Of a stretch of 64,000 bases of DNA, positions 52,572-62,572 are shown piece after piece. Location: the NCBI GenBank assembly GCA_963699155.1, contig OY969414.1, forward strand, positions 2,123,757-2,187,756, read 5' to 3'. Position 1 is the first letter of the stretch; every line of letters starts with the position of its first letter. Source of the stretch: an uncultured Chlamydiales bacterium. Lineage in GTDB: Bacteria; Chlamydiota; Chlamydiia; Chlamydiales; JAAKFR01. The notes beneath the pieces are model-generated. The model saw nothing but the letters and a program-made list of their open reading frames with translations, did no database searches and was not told the DNA's origin. Position numbers and translations under genes: made by a program.

Positions 52572-53782
52572 GCCAGGGTCCTCTTTTCTTGGAAGAGCAG
52601 AAAGGAGAAGCCGAGGGTGCCGAGGATGAGGGCGACGGGGATGACGCTGATGCCGAGGATCAGGGCATGGGAATTGTGGGGTCCGCCGAAGGCATTGACA
52701 ACGGCTCCGATGATGGAGTGGAAGGCGTAGCCGAAAATCATGATAATCATATTGGCGACAGCGGAGCTGAGGCCGACGACATTCTCCCCTACGAATGAAG
52801 AGGCTTTGTAGATGGCCAAAATTTGATAGGCGGAAGAGATGCCGATCAAGACGAAGCTGACTGTGAGGAATGTGGAAGAGAGATGGGTGAATAGGAGAAG
52901 GGAGAAAGCGAGCGCCATCAACATGCCAGCTCCGACGATCGTTGCAAAGTAGTTGCCCACTTTTTCGGCGACAAGAGTGAGAAGGGGTCCACCAAAGCAC
53001 ATCCCAATAAAGATCATCGAGGGCAAGCTGGCCCCCAAGGTTCCTTCAAAGCCATAAACCTGTTTGAGAAAGGCTGTCCCCCAAACATCGGCAAAGCCCT
53101 CTAACGGGCCCACCATCAACCCAGCACAGAGACAAGCGGCGACCATTTTGCGATTAAAGAGGACCTCTTTGATATCAGCGATCACGGTTGTCTCACGAGT
53201 GGTGGCCACTTCAGGGACTATCCAGTAGGTGGCAGCTGCAAGGAGGATCCCTCCGAGTGCAAAAATTTGAATAACAGCCTGGTAGCCGATAGCGTGGAAC
53301 ATGTAGCTGACGGGCCCTCCGCCATAGATCGCTCCAAGCAGGCCGATCGTGACAGAAATGCTGAGCATGCGAGGGAAGCGGTTTTCACTGAAGGTCATCC
53401 GGATAATTTTAAAGACGCCGAGAATCGCTGCTGAGGAACCCATTCCGATCATCACCCTCCCGATCAAGGGGTAGGCCCAATGCTCTGTAAAGATAAGAGG
53501 GAGCATTCCGACCACACTCAAGAGAATACAACCTGCCATAATGCGACGTGGTCCAAACCGGTCCAAAAGGAGACCGATTGGAAGATGCATGAGAGAGTAT
53601 CCGATATAGTAGAGCCCTGAAAACTGACCGAAGGTGGTGGCTGTAATCTGAAACTGCCCCATAATCTCATCCATCATGATATTGGGCATGACTCTCAAGA
53701 TGTATTGATAGGCGTAAAAAATGGAGGCGATCATCCAGACAGTCCAGGCGACCGCGCGTGAAGGGGAAAGTGAAGTTTTCAT
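52544..53782 (-). CDS. MFS transporter
   Basis: YQYILRV and GLLLDRFGPRR (motif A); about 12 TM; start ATG 53782 after AAGGA. Confidence 0.92.
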   Translation of the reverse strand: MKTSLSPSRAVAWTVWMIASIFYAYQYILRVMPNIMMDEIMGQFQITATTFGQFSGLYYIGYSLMHLPIGLLLDRFGPRRIMAGCILLSVVGMLPLIFTEHWAYPLIGRVMIGMGSSAAILGVFKIIRMTFSENRFPRMLSISVTIGLLGAIYGGGPVSYMFHAIGYQAVIQIFALGGILLAAATYWIVPEVATTRETTVIADIKEVLFNRKMVAACLCAGLMVGPLEGFADVWGTAFLKQVYGFEGTLGASLPSMIFIGMCFGGPLLTLVAEKVGNYFATIVGAGMLMALAFSLLLFTHLSSTFLTVSFVLIGISSAYQILAIYKASSFVGENVVGLSSAVANMIIMIFGYAFHSIIGAVVNAFGGPHNSHALILGISVIPVALILGTLGFSFLLFQEKRTLAQASDRSSI

Positions 53783-53922
53783 GCTGCTATTCCTTAATTT
53801 GCTGAGTTTAAACAATAAGAGAAGGAAATATCAATGTGCCTGACGGCACAGCAGACGTGAAAAAATAGTAATCATGTCAAAAATTATAGCAAAGAAAGAG
53901 TAAAAATCGCGAGAGCTAAAAT

Positions 53923-54720
53923 TTATTCTAATATTAGCGCTCGGGCAGCCGCCTCCTCCCAACGGAAGGCAAACTCCTCTTCAGTTAAATTTTCTGTGGG
54001 GTAGTAGAGAGCTCCCAAAAAATGGATTCCCTCAAACCTGATTGTCGGATCATAGGCGAGCAGCGCCTCTTCCACACTCCTCACATTATCTAACTTATCA
54101 TCCACGAAGACGATTTCACGCGGAGAGAGCTGGGCATTCTTTAAAAAGGTGACTAAAGTCTTGCCCTTCGAACAGCAGGTCCCATTCGAAAAGAGCACTC
54201 CTTTCAGAAAAACAGGATGGTTACCCCGGTAGGGCTCTAAGTCTCGGAAAATGATGGTTTCATTACAGGGAGCCCCCCTTTCAAAACAGATTCCCAACTC
54301 CTGTAAATGGCCGCTTTTCCAGCTTTCTAGTGAGTTGACATGGAGCAGAGCACCCGTTAGGCTGGCCGTCAGAGCAAAGGCAGGGATTCCTCTATGGTGA
54401 AGACTCTGCAGAAAGTCGGGGGTTCTTTCGTCGACAAGGACGGAATCAAAGGGAAGGCAGGTCAAAGTATAGAGAATATCGCGCTTGTTGGAGGGAACTG
54501 ACTGAATAATTCGACGTGCTGTCGCTCGGTATTTGTCAATATTGGCCATCTGAAAGGCTGGTTCATCAGGCTGAATCAAGACCATGTCGATGTCAAAGAC
54601 GGCAAAAGTAGTCTCATCGCGATCTTGAAAGCGGTCCATCACCTCGTTCATCGAATGGACCTCAACGATCTGTGCCCATCCCTGGACACATATGAGTAAG
54701 AAAACTATGAGAAAACGCAT
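53923..54720 (-). CDS. DUF2608-like HAD-fold secreted protein
   Basis: Signal peptide; VFDIDMVL, ALTA, KG, IVFVDDK. Confidence 0.8.
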   Translation of the reverse strand: MRFLIVFLLICVQGWAQIVEVHSMNEVMDRFQDRDETTFAVFDIDMVLIQPDEPAFQMANIDKYRATARRIIQSVPSNKRDILYTLTCLPFDSVLVDERTPDFLQSLHHRGIPAFALTASLTGALLHVNSLESWKSGHLQELGICFERGAPCNETIIFRDLEPYRGNHPVFLKGVLFSNGTCCSKGKTLVTFLKNAQLSPREIVFVDDKLDNVRSVEEALLAYDPTIRFEGIHFLGALYYPTENLTEEEFAFRWEEAAARALILE

Positions 54721-54800
54721 AAATCTCCTTTAACGAGGCCCAAAAGGGCCAAGCTGGAGGAGATCATAGCGTTCTCTGGTCAGAGTGTCAATAGAGTGAG

Positions 54801-54823
54801 TCCGGCCCCCAGAGGGAGCCGGA
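54801..54823 (-). terminator. Hairpin downstream of the M48 peptidase gene
   Basis: tccggccccc-aga-gggagccgga imperfect stem; weak U-tract. Confidence 0.4.
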
Positions 54824-54834
54824 GTTCAAGAAGC

Positions 54835-55515
54835 TTACCGCTGGGTGGCGAGGGCGGTCAGTAATTGGAAGCGCTCTTTCATGCTAAAGTGGGAATCGTT
54901 CATTGTCATTGAGGGGGGCTGCTTACGGAAGGGTTTAGGCGTCCCAAAGTGGATATTGGGGTTGATATTGATCAGATTGAGAGTATAGGGGAAGAACTTC
55001 ATATCATACCCTGCATGCTTGTAGAGATTGAATCCATAGAGATCGGCCTCTCTTTCGGTCAATTTCTGCTGGAAGATAGAAAAAGTGAGACCACTGATCC
55101 CGACTGGGGGCCCCAACATGATCTTATCCATTCTCTCTTCCATCTTCTGACCGTGGTGGAGATTTAAGTGGCCAAGTTCATGGGCCATAACGAATGCGAG
55201 CTCTTCATTGGATCTATCGGGTGAAAGACAACCCTGATAGACGATCATTGTCGGCTTATCGGAAAAAACACCGGGTGGAACCGCTTCAGCACCCACTGTG
55301 GAGTTACTGGACAAAAGCAGGGTGTAGCTTTGTGGATCAGGCACTAAGGTGGCAAGGGTCGACTCAGCACGACTCAGCTTGATCTCTGCACTCTTCGAAT
55401 TCTTATCCATCAAATCCTGGCGCTGAGGAGGTCCACTCTGACTCGGGGTCGAACCAAACATTAAGGCCCCTGCGAGAAGAAACATCGAGAGAAACGAGAC
55501 AAATGACTTAAACAT
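54835..55515 (-). CDS. M48-family zinc metallopeptidase
   Basis: ELAFVMAHELGH, EREAD.YG, SH....ER; signal peptide. Confidence 0.85.
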   Translation of the reverse strand: MFKSFVSFLSMFLLAGALMFGSTPSQSGPPQRQDLMDKNSKSAEIKLSRAESTLATLVPDPQSYTLLLSSNSTVGAEAVPPGVFSDKPTMIVYQGCLSPDRSNEELAFVMAHELGHLNLHHGQKMEERMDKIMLGPPVGISGLTFSIFQQKLTEREADLYGFNLYKHAGYDMKFFPYTLNLININPNIHFGTPKPFRKQPPSMTMNDSHFSMKERFQLLTALATQR

Positions 55516-55632
55516 TAAGAAATACCCTCCAAAAAAATTTAATGCATTAAGTATAAACTATTTATTTAAATAATTTCAATAGCTTAATTTACTTTTAATA
55601 AATTATAATATTACTAAGAAGGAGGAATTAAT

Positions 55633-55896
55633 ATGTGTTCTGATGTTACATGGGGAGGCAGGCATGAGCCTAGCTGCTGTTGGATGGATTGTAAAACTAC
55701 ATTGCCTAGTGTCTTACTTATCATAACTGGAGTGGCTATACTCATCATTGCTGTTCTTATCGTATCTAAGGTCATACCAATGCCTAACCCTGCAGAATCT
55801 CCATGGCCAACTGCTGGTATTATAGGTGGAGCCGGCGCTGTGCTCTTTTTATTCCCGGGAATTCTCTTTGCAAAAGAGCCTAATTGCTGTAGATAA
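55633..55896 (+). CDS. Small Inc-like protein with CC motifs
   Basis: AGGAGG RBS; two TM helices. Confidence 0.6.
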   Translation: MCSDVTWGGRHEPSCCWMDCKTTLPSVLLIITGVAILIIAVLIVSKVIPMPNPAESPWPTAGIIGGAGAVLFLFPGILFAKEPNCCR

Positions 55897-55923
55897 TTAA
55901 TCCGAGCTTTATAATGTAAGCAG

Positions 55924-56826
55924 ATGATAGCCCTTCTGCTGATTTTCTTCGCCTCTTGTTGCGGTTCTCTGACGAACCTTCTTTTTAGGAAAAACCTCGA
56001 CCACTCACCCCAACCTGGCTCCCACTATTTCCTCATTATCTATTTTCTGGGCTCTTTCCTCTTTGCCCTCCTCTCCCCTGCCTTGTGGAAGACACCCATC
56101 AATTGGGTCTCCGTAGGATTGGGAAGCTCCGTCGGGGCGCTCAATGTGGCTCTCATGACCAGCATGGCCCAGGCACTGAGAACCGGCCCCTCAGGGCTCA
56201 GCTTCGCCTTCCAGAACGCGACCGCGGTATTTCCAGGAACCATCCTCTACCTCTTCTTTGGCACCGATTTTGGCTTCTCCTTCTCCTATCTCCATCTCGT
56301 AGGAATCGCCCTGGTGGTCTATGGTCTCTTTGTAGGAACTCAAAGACAATCGACCACTCACCTCTCTAAATGGCTCCTCTATGCTCTCGCCTGTGGCACT
56401 TTCCAGGTTCTCTCTTTGACCCTGATGCAGGGGCGCTGTATCCTCTTCCAAGAAGATCAGCTAGGGCAGTTCTTATCCTCCTTCGCCCTCCATGAGGGTG
56501 ACGATGCCTGGTTCATGCCGGCCCAATTTGGGACAGCCTCCCTTCTTCAGCTCCTCTTCTTCTTCCGCCACCTCAAAAGCGAGGCCCATCCTATTAATAC
56601 AGCTTTTGGGGTCTCAGCTGGGATCTCTAATGGCGCCTGTACCCTTTTTATTCTATTGGCCACCAAAGTAGCCCTTCCCGCCTTCAAAGTCATCCTCTTC
56701 CCCTGCTTTGCGGCTATGACTATTATTCTTTGTAACCTATGGGCTTACCGGTTATACAAGGAACGTTTTAATTTTCAGGCAAACCTTCTTTGCGCAGCTG
56801 GAATTCTTTTGGGCATACTAGCTTAA
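55924..56826 (+). CDS. DMT/EamA-like membrane transporter
   Basis: About ten TM helices in two repeats; ALRTGP..L and LYKERF. Confidence 0.7.
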   Translation: MIALLLIFFASCCGSLTNLLFRKNLDHSPQPGSHYFLIIYFLGSFLFALLSPALWKTPINWVSVGLGSSVGALNVALMTSMAQALRTGPSGLSFAFQNATAVFPGTILYLFFGTDFGFSFSYLHLVGIALVVYGLFVGTQRQSTTHLSKWLLYALACGTFQVLSLTLMQGRCILFQEDQLGQFLSSFALHEGDDAWFMPAQFGTASLLQLLFFFRHLKSEAHPINTAFGVSAGISNGACTLFILLATKVALPAFKVILFPCFAAMTIILCNLWAYRLYKERFNFQANLLCAAGILLGILA

Positions 56827-57036
56827 AGGGCTCTTCTCCAATCACTAATATCTTATAAATCTTTAATTCTAATTTAAATAATCTAATTAAAAACTAAACA
56901 TATTGATTTAAGTTAATTTTAAATTTTGTAATTAGCTTGTAAGAAATAATTTAAAAATATTATCATCAGCTTAAGAGCAAACCAACCTACAATACTTGCT
57001 ATTAAAGAGAGCAAGATAAAAAACAAAGGAGATCAT

Positions 57037-57471
57037 ATGAAAAAGCTGTTATTAATCGGCGCATCTTTGTTCGGTATCTTGACTGCCCAGAACGTCCAAG
57101 CTGATTGCGGCGCTGGAGCATGTGGAGATGCTTGTGCACCTTGCGAACAACCAACAGGCGAGTGCATTTGCCGACATGTTAGATATCAACCTTGCTATTA
57201 TTCAACAACCCACTGCTACCAGGAAGAGGTTCCTTGCCAAAAAACCTGCTGCAGACAAGTTCCTCAGTACTACCAAGTACAAAAATGCCGTTATGTTCCT
57301 GAATACTATTCAGTAACATGCTGCAGACAAGTTCCTGAGTACTACCAAGTACCTTATTCTTACTATGTCACAAAATCATACTGTGTTCCTCACGTTCGCT
57401 ACACACCACAATACTTCTGGAAACGTGAGTGCAACCCATGCGCTCAACCTTGCGCACCTTGCGGCTACTAA
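57037..57471 (+). CDS. Small cysteine-rich envelope protein (OmcA-like)
   Basis: AAGGAG RBS; signal peptide; Cys/Tyr/Pro-rich repeats CCRQVPxYYQV; long AT-rich upstream region. Confidence 0.75.
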   Translation: MKKLLLIGASLFGILTAQNVQADCGAGACGDACAPCEQPTGECICRHVRYQPCYYSTTHCYQEEVPCQKTCCRQVPQYYQVQKCRYVPEYYSVTCCRQVPEYYQVPYSYYVTKSYCVPHVRYTPQYFWKRECNPCAQPCAPCGY

Positions 57472-57487
57472 GATAGCTTGAAGTGTT

Positions 57488-57525
57488 GAGACAGGTGGCT
57501 TTGGCCGCCTGTCTCTTATTATTTT
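57488..57525 (+). terminator. Intrinsic terminator after the Cys-rich protein gene
   Basis: gagacaggtggc-tttg-gccgcctgtctc followed by ttattatttt. Confidence 0.8.
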
Positions 57526-57536
57526 AAACTCAGGTT

Positions 57537-58481
57537 CTAAATCCAGCCTTTCCTCTTGAACCAGAGGTAAGGGAGAATCGCAGAGAGGACCATCAGAATC
57601 AGAGCGAAAGGATAGCCGAAGACCCAGTGGAGCTCAGGAATGGACTTAAAATTCATCCCATAGATGCTGGCAATCACCATCGGCGGCAGAAAGATGACAG
57701 CGGCGATCGAGAAAAATTTGATAATTCGGTTTTGTTCAATATTGATAAAGCCAAGGGAAGCTTCCAGTAAAAACTCGATCTTGCTGAACAAAAAAGAGAG
57801 ATAGTTGGTCAATGACCTGATATCCTTCTGGATCCGGACCAACATTTTTTTGTCGGTATCCTCTTTCAGTTGATCGTTTAAAAAAGTAGATAAGCGATCG
57901 AGTGACGTGAGACTCTCCCTCGCTTTGGAGTTCAAATTACCGATCTGTCCAATATTGATCAGAACATCGCGCATCTCTTTTGAGTCAGTGACATTTTTGC
58001 CTTGAAAAATCTCATGGGAGAGCCTTTCGATCTCACTCGCATTTTTCTCTAAAACGTCAGCAAGTCTTTCCACCACAGTATCGAGTAATCCCGTAAGGAT
58101 CTGCTGTGGGGTAGAAAATTCAGCTTTGGCTATTTTTTTTGAAAAGGATTGAAAGGATTTGAGTTCGTCATAGTGGACGGTGATTACCGCTTTGGGGCTG
58201 AGGATGAAACCCACAGGCACCGAAAGGGACTGCTCCTCAGCGCTGGCGATCAGATAGGCTGTCATATAGAGGATCCCCCTTTCATCATAGAGACGGCTCG
58301 ACTCCTCGATTTCGCTCATCTGATCGATGGAAGGGATAGAGACCCCAATGGCTGTATTGAGGGCCGTTATCTCTTCGGGGGTAGGGAGGTTGAGGTCATA
58401 CCAAAGGGCGTCGGGATCGATTTGCCTCTCTAGATCGACAGTGGTGATCGTTTTTGAGCCATGAGAAAGAAATTGCAGCAT
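57537..58481 (-). CDS. corA: CorA Mg2+/Co2+ transporter
   Basis: EIEESSRLY, YGMNF, FKRKGWI. Confidence 0.95.
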   Translation of the reverse strand: MLQFLSHGSKTITTVDLERQIDPDALWYDLNLPTPEEITALNTAIGVSIPSIDQMSEIEESSRLYDERGILYMTAYLIASAEEQSLSVPVGFILSPKAVITVHYDELKSFQSFSKKIAKAEFSTPQQILTGLLDTVVERLADVLEKNASEIERLSHEIFQGKNVTDSKEMRDVLINIGQIGNLNSKARESLTSLDRLSTFLNDQLKEDTDKKMLVRIQKDIRSLTNYLSFLFSKIEFLLEASLGFINIEQNRIIKFFSIAAVIFLPPMVIASIYGMNFKSIPELHWVFGYPFALILMVLSAILPYLWFKRKGWI

Positions 58482-58512
58482 GATTATCAGCACTGTAAAA
58501 TATCATCTGGAT

Positions 58513-59337
58513 ATGTTCAACATCGAAATCTATGCTCACAGGGCCGGTCGAGGACTGGCCGCAGAGAATACTTTGGAAGCGTGCCGCGCCTGTTTAGCCT
58601 TTGAGATCGATTTCATCGACTTCGATATCTGCATGACGCGTGAGGGAGAGCTGGTTGTGACTCATGACCCGCTTCTCAATCCCGACATTACTAGGAGGGC
58701 TGATGGAAGCTATATCACCGAAAAAATCGAGGTCAATCAACTCAATTTCGAAGAACTTTCACGCTATAATGTGGGGAAGATCAACCCAGCTTCAAAATAT
58801 GCAAGCTATTTTCCTGAGCAAAAGTCCTATGACTTTGCAGGGATCCCTCGCTTAGAAGAGGCCATCCGTTTCGTAAAAAAGGCCAAACCGGGAGTGAAGT
58901 TTCAACTCGAGATTAAAAAGAACCACTCTCCTGAAATATTGGCAGAAGCCCTCCACCGGCTTTTAAAAGAAGAGGAGATTTTAGGAGTGACTGAAGTGCA
59001 ATCCTTCGACTACAACTGCCTCTTTGCCCTCCAGAAACGGGATAGCCAGATCAAAACAGCCTTTCTCAGCCATCCCTTTGAGGAAGAGAAATTGGAAGGA
59101 TCTTATCCACAAATGGTCCACAACCTGGGTGGCCACTGCTGGGAGCCTTTTCAGATGGATTTGACCGAAGAATCGCTGGAAGAGGCCAAACGTTTGGGTC
59201 TAAAAGTAGTTGTTTGGGGCTACCCTGAAAAAGAGGGAACAGAATTTAACCGTGCCCATATTGAAAAGTTGGCTTCCTGGGGTGTCGATGGCATCATCAC
59301 TGACAGGCCCGATCTCATCAGGGAGAGGCTGTGTTGA
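58513..59337 (+). CDS. Glycerophosphodiester phosphodiesterase
   Basis: AHRAG, ENTL, VVTHD, LEIK, QSFD, GVDGIITDRP. Confidence 0.93.
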   Translation: MFNIEIYAHRAGRGLAAENTLEACRACLAFEIDFIDFDICMTREGELVVTHDPLLNPDITRRADGSYITEKIEVNQLNFEELSRYNVGKINPASKYASYFPEQKSYDFAGIPRLEEAIRFVKKAKPGVKFQLEIKKNHSPEILAEALHRLLKEEEILGVTEVQSFDYNCLFALQKRDSQIKTAFLSHPFEEEKLEGSYPQMVHNLGGHCWEPFQMDLTEESLEEAKRLGLKVVVWGYPEKEGTEFNRAHIEKLASWGVDGIITDRPDLIRERLC

Positions 59338-59492
59338 AAAATTTAAGCCGCTCGAATTTAGCCAGATTTGGCCTCCAGTTTTTGAAACATGAGTGAAGAA
59401 GATAGCCCCAGCGCTATCTTCGAGCGAGTGGTTCGAAAACTGGAGGATCAAAGATGGCTAAAGGTGAGCAGCTTAAATTTTTCAACACAGTC

Positions 59493-61499
59493 TCAGGGAG
59501 ATAAAGCATAGACGGTAATCGGCTGATCGATCCCCTTGAGCTGCATCGGCGGCAATTTCTGAAAAGAGTAGTTCTCCGGATGAGTCAGCGCTTGGTGGCT
59601 CTCTTCGGAGATCAAAATCTGCATCGGTAGGGCAGCGGAGCAGAGGCGCGACGCTAAATTGACATTGGCCCCAATGACTGTATAGTTGAGACGATTTTCA
59701 GCACCCATATTCCCTGCAGAGACAAGTCCCATGTGAATACCGATGCCTACGGTGAGAGTGAGATGACCCCCTTCTTGGTTCCACTCTTTGAGGCTCTTGA
59801 TCATGGCGATGGCAGCTTCGAGGGCTTTTTCGGAATGGTCTGGCAGTTCGAGAGGGGCGCCATAGAGCGCCATGATCTCATCTCCCACAAATTTGTCGAC
59901 CACGCCGTGGCTTTCGTCGATAATGCGACACATCCGCGTCATATAGCTATTGAGAAGGCTAATCAAGCTTGGCGGGTCTAACTTTTCTGAGAGAGGTGTG
60001 AAGCCGCGAATGTCGCTGAATAGAATAGTGAGAACACGCTCTTCACCACCCAGTTCGATGTCGCCGCTCAATACTTTTGAGGCAATCTCTTTGGAGACGA
60101 CTTTATTGAGAATCCCTCGTATGGTTTCTCTTTCTTTGAGGGAAATCACCATCTTTTCAAATGAGTGTGCCAGCACGGCCACCTCATCCTGTCGATGGTT
60201 GCTTTTAGGGAGCTTTAGCCCTTCATGCTTCCCATTCCCAATTTCCTCAGCAGCATGAGCCAGCATTGCGATGGGACGGGTGATCCTTTTGGAAATGCGC
60301 GCCAGCAAGAAAAGAGCTAGAAGAAACAAGAGAAGCGTGATGATCAATAAGTTGAGTGAAATTTTAGCGAGCAAATTGGCCCGTAATTGATGCAGCATCC
60401 GGTTGATCGTCGAGAAAATCGATTCCGGTGTGAGGATAGAGATGGTGGTGGTGTCAGTGATATGAATGTGGCTGGGAATATAATAACTTCCTTCCCATTT
60501 TATTGTCTGACCCGTCGTCGAGATCTGCTCAGGCGGAATCATTCTCCCTTGTGTATCGAATGCCTGAAAGATCTGCCCCCCTTCTGACAAAACAACTGGC
60601 CTTTCGATCAATTGCGCAATTGTTTGCATCTGTTGAGAGATCGAGAAGCCGATCGCTAAGAAAGGCTGAGAAGAGAAAACCACCTGAACCTGATCGATCT
60701 CCTTCTCTTTCTCTTTCTCACGCACTAGAATAAAGGGTTGAACACTTTTTTTCTGGAGAGAGACCAACGGTTTGTCAGAAAAAATATCTTGGCTCAAGAG
60801 AAGCTTCGCCTGCTTAAAATGGGAATCAATTTTCACAATCCCCGATACTTGACCGAGATGGGAAACGAGAATCTGAATCAATTGCGCCTTTTCCATCTGT
60901 GAAAGATCTTTTGCTTTCAAAATTTCAAAGATTCGCTCACGAGAATCGCTCTTTGAGAGAGGAGTGGATTCTGGCTCAAAGGCAGTGTAGGCCATCTTTT
61001 TCACCTTTTCTTCTGTCGAAGGAAGGAGGAGATAGATGCCCTCACCGAGAGGTGAGGTTGCAAAAAATTGATCATCCTCAATCTTGATCCAAATCTTACC
61101 GGTGGGATCCTTTGCCCACGCAGGTAAATAGGATTTTCCCGTTTGAGGAGAAACGAGAGCGGTCCGCTCTTCGGGGTCGGTGACTTGAACAAAGGCCACA
61201 TCAGGCGCAAAAGAGATGATTGAGGCCGCATACTCCCAGTTATTTTTTTGCCCCCTCGGCACACTTTGGGCTACTGCATTCAACTGTGCCATCGTTTGTA
61301 AGTAGCGATAAGCCAGCCAGGAGTCGATCGTTTTTTGCATCCTCTCCTGGGAGGTTTCTATATATTGATTCAGATGGACGGCAGCTTGAGAGAGATCTTT
61401 TCGGATGAAAAATTGAGTGATCAGATAGCTCAAGATAGCAATCAGGAGCAAGATACTCCCCATATAGAGAAACAACCGCGTGCGCAGACTCCTGATCAT
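59493..61499 (-). CDS. Membrane-bound class III adenylate cyclase with periplasmic sensor and HAMP domain
   Basis: Two TM helices; DEVAVLAHSF (HAMP); FSDIRGFT, DKFVGD, YTVIGANVNLASRL. Confidence 0.92.
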   Translation of the reverse strand: MIRSLRTRLFLYMGSILLLIAILSYLITQFFIRKDLSQAAVHLNQYIETSQERMQKTIDSWLAYRYLQTMAQLNAVAQSVPRGQKNNWEYAASIISFAPDVAFVQVTDPEERTALVSPQTGKSYLPAWAKDPTGKIWIKIEDDQFFATSPLGEGIYLLLPSTEEKVKKMAYTAFEPESTPLSKSDSRERIFEILKAKDLSQMEKAQLIQILVSHLGQVSGIVKIDSHFKQAKLLLSQDIFSDKPLVSLQKKSVQPFILVREKEKEKEIDQVQVVFSSQPFLAIGFSISQQMQTIAQLIERPVVLSEGGQIFQAFDTQGRMIPPEQISTTGQTIKWEGSYYIPSHIHITDTTTISILTPESIFSTINRMLHQLRANLLAKISLNLLIITLLLFLLALFLLARISKRITRPIAMLAHAAEEIGNGKHEGLKLPKSNHRQDEVAVLAHSFEKMVISLKERETIRGILNKVVSKEIASKVLSGDIELGGEERVLTILFSDIRGFTPLSEKLDPPSLISLLNSYMTRMCRIIDESHGVVDKFVGDEIMALYGAPLELPDHSEKALEAAIAMIKSLKEWNQEGGHLTLTVGIGIHMGLVSAGNMGAENRLNYTVIGANVNLASRLCSAALPMQILISEESHQALTHPENYSFQKLPPMQLKGIDQPITVYALSP

Positions 61500-61743
61500 T
61501 TCTTGTTTTTAAACGAAACCTAAGATGGAGCAAAGCAAAATATGAAGTTGAGCATTCCTCTAGCGCTAGCTCTCTCGTACTTATCGAGGCAATCATTTAA
61601 GAAGAAGTGGCGAGGAGGAGCGGCGGCGCGGGCAGCAGCCCGGGGTGGGGGGCTCGCCGAAGCTTAACGCAACGGCTCGCCCCTGAGGCCGCTTCAAGCT
61701 CTTCCATACGATCATTTGAGCAAGAAGCACTTCTTATATGGGT

Positions 61744-62117
61744 AAAAAATAACAGGATCGGCCGGCCCCAAATAAATTTGGGGACCCCTCGGCCGGCAGG
61801 ATCCCGCAAGCGGGGCAGGATGGGGTCGGCTTGTGTCACTTTGTGACGCAAGCCGATCCTCAATCCTATGGGACATTTCGATAAGGTTTCTCCATCTCGA
61901 TTTTGAAGCCAGATTCTCTCAAAGCCACAACAAGAGCATTTTTATAAACGTTCTCTAGAAAACCAACTCCAAGTTCATTAGCTACATCAAAACAGGTATT
62001 TAAAATAAGTGATGTGAGCTGAGCATGTACCATCTTTCTATCCTGCCCCGCTTTGCGGGATCCTGCCGGCCGGGGGCCCCCAAATTTATTTGGGGCCGGC
62101 CGATCCTGTTATTTTTT
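61744..62117. mobile_element. 78-bp inverted repeats enclosing a truncated GxxExxY gene
   Basis: 61744-61821 versus 62040-62117 differ by 1 substitution and 2 single-base indels; each arm has three CAGGAT units separated by hairpins. Confidence 0.75.
61866..62033 (-). pseudogene. Truncated GxxExxY-family protein (55 aa; below the ORF-track cutoff)
   Basis: MVHAQLTSLILNTCFDVANELGVGFLENVYKNALVVALRESGFKIEMEKPYRNVP*; ELGxGFLExVY signature; nuclease half missing. Confidence 0.85.
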
Positions 62118-62233
62118 TTCTCATTGAAAAGAGTGCCTAATTGTAGGCGATTTCTGCAAAGAATTAGAAGCTCTCATACGCCACTACTTACTCTCGCATC
62201 ATGCCGCTGGCGATCCTGAAGATATCTGGAGGA

Positions 62234-62455
62234 TCATTTAAGGGAGTTGCCTTCTTCGTCTTCGAAGCCTTCGTGGATTGCCTGCTCTTGGCGGGCGGAG
62301 AGAATGGTGAGGGGGATGAAGAGGCTGGCTGTCAATGGTGCTAGGAGCTGGAAATCGACAGCTGCGTAGCTGGGGAGGTGGAGCAAACCCTGCTGGATGA
62401 GGATAGCCGTGAGGGCGACAGAGAGTAAAAAGAGCGATCCGACGACAGTCCTCAC
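62234..62455 (-). CDS. Small two-TM hypothetical protein; start uncertain
   Basis: Hydrophobic hairpin; C-rich coding strand like other operon ends in this window. Confidence 0.35.
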   Translation of the reverse strand: MRTVVGSLFLLSVALTAILIQQGLLHLPSYAAVDFQLLAPLTASLFIPLTILSARQEQAIHEGFEDEEGNSLK

Positions 62456-62572
62456 TCTCCATGCAGTGGAGGGAGACCATATAGAACCTTTGTTTTCAGA
62501 AATTATAACTGAAATATATAAAAATAAAATAAATTTTATAAAATCTTTATTTTATTCTGTTATAATTCATCT

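Noticed and set aside
53831..53875. 14-codon uORF (MITIFSRLLCRQAH) with a small hairpin upstream of the MFS gene
   Set aside because: No regulatory codon run or terminator/antiterminator pair evident
61597..62219. ORF-track ORFs 61597-61863, 61607-61846 and 62025-62219
   Set aside because: They read through GC-rich inverted repeats (two share the peptide PKFIWGRPILLFF); the credible coding remnant is 62033-61866
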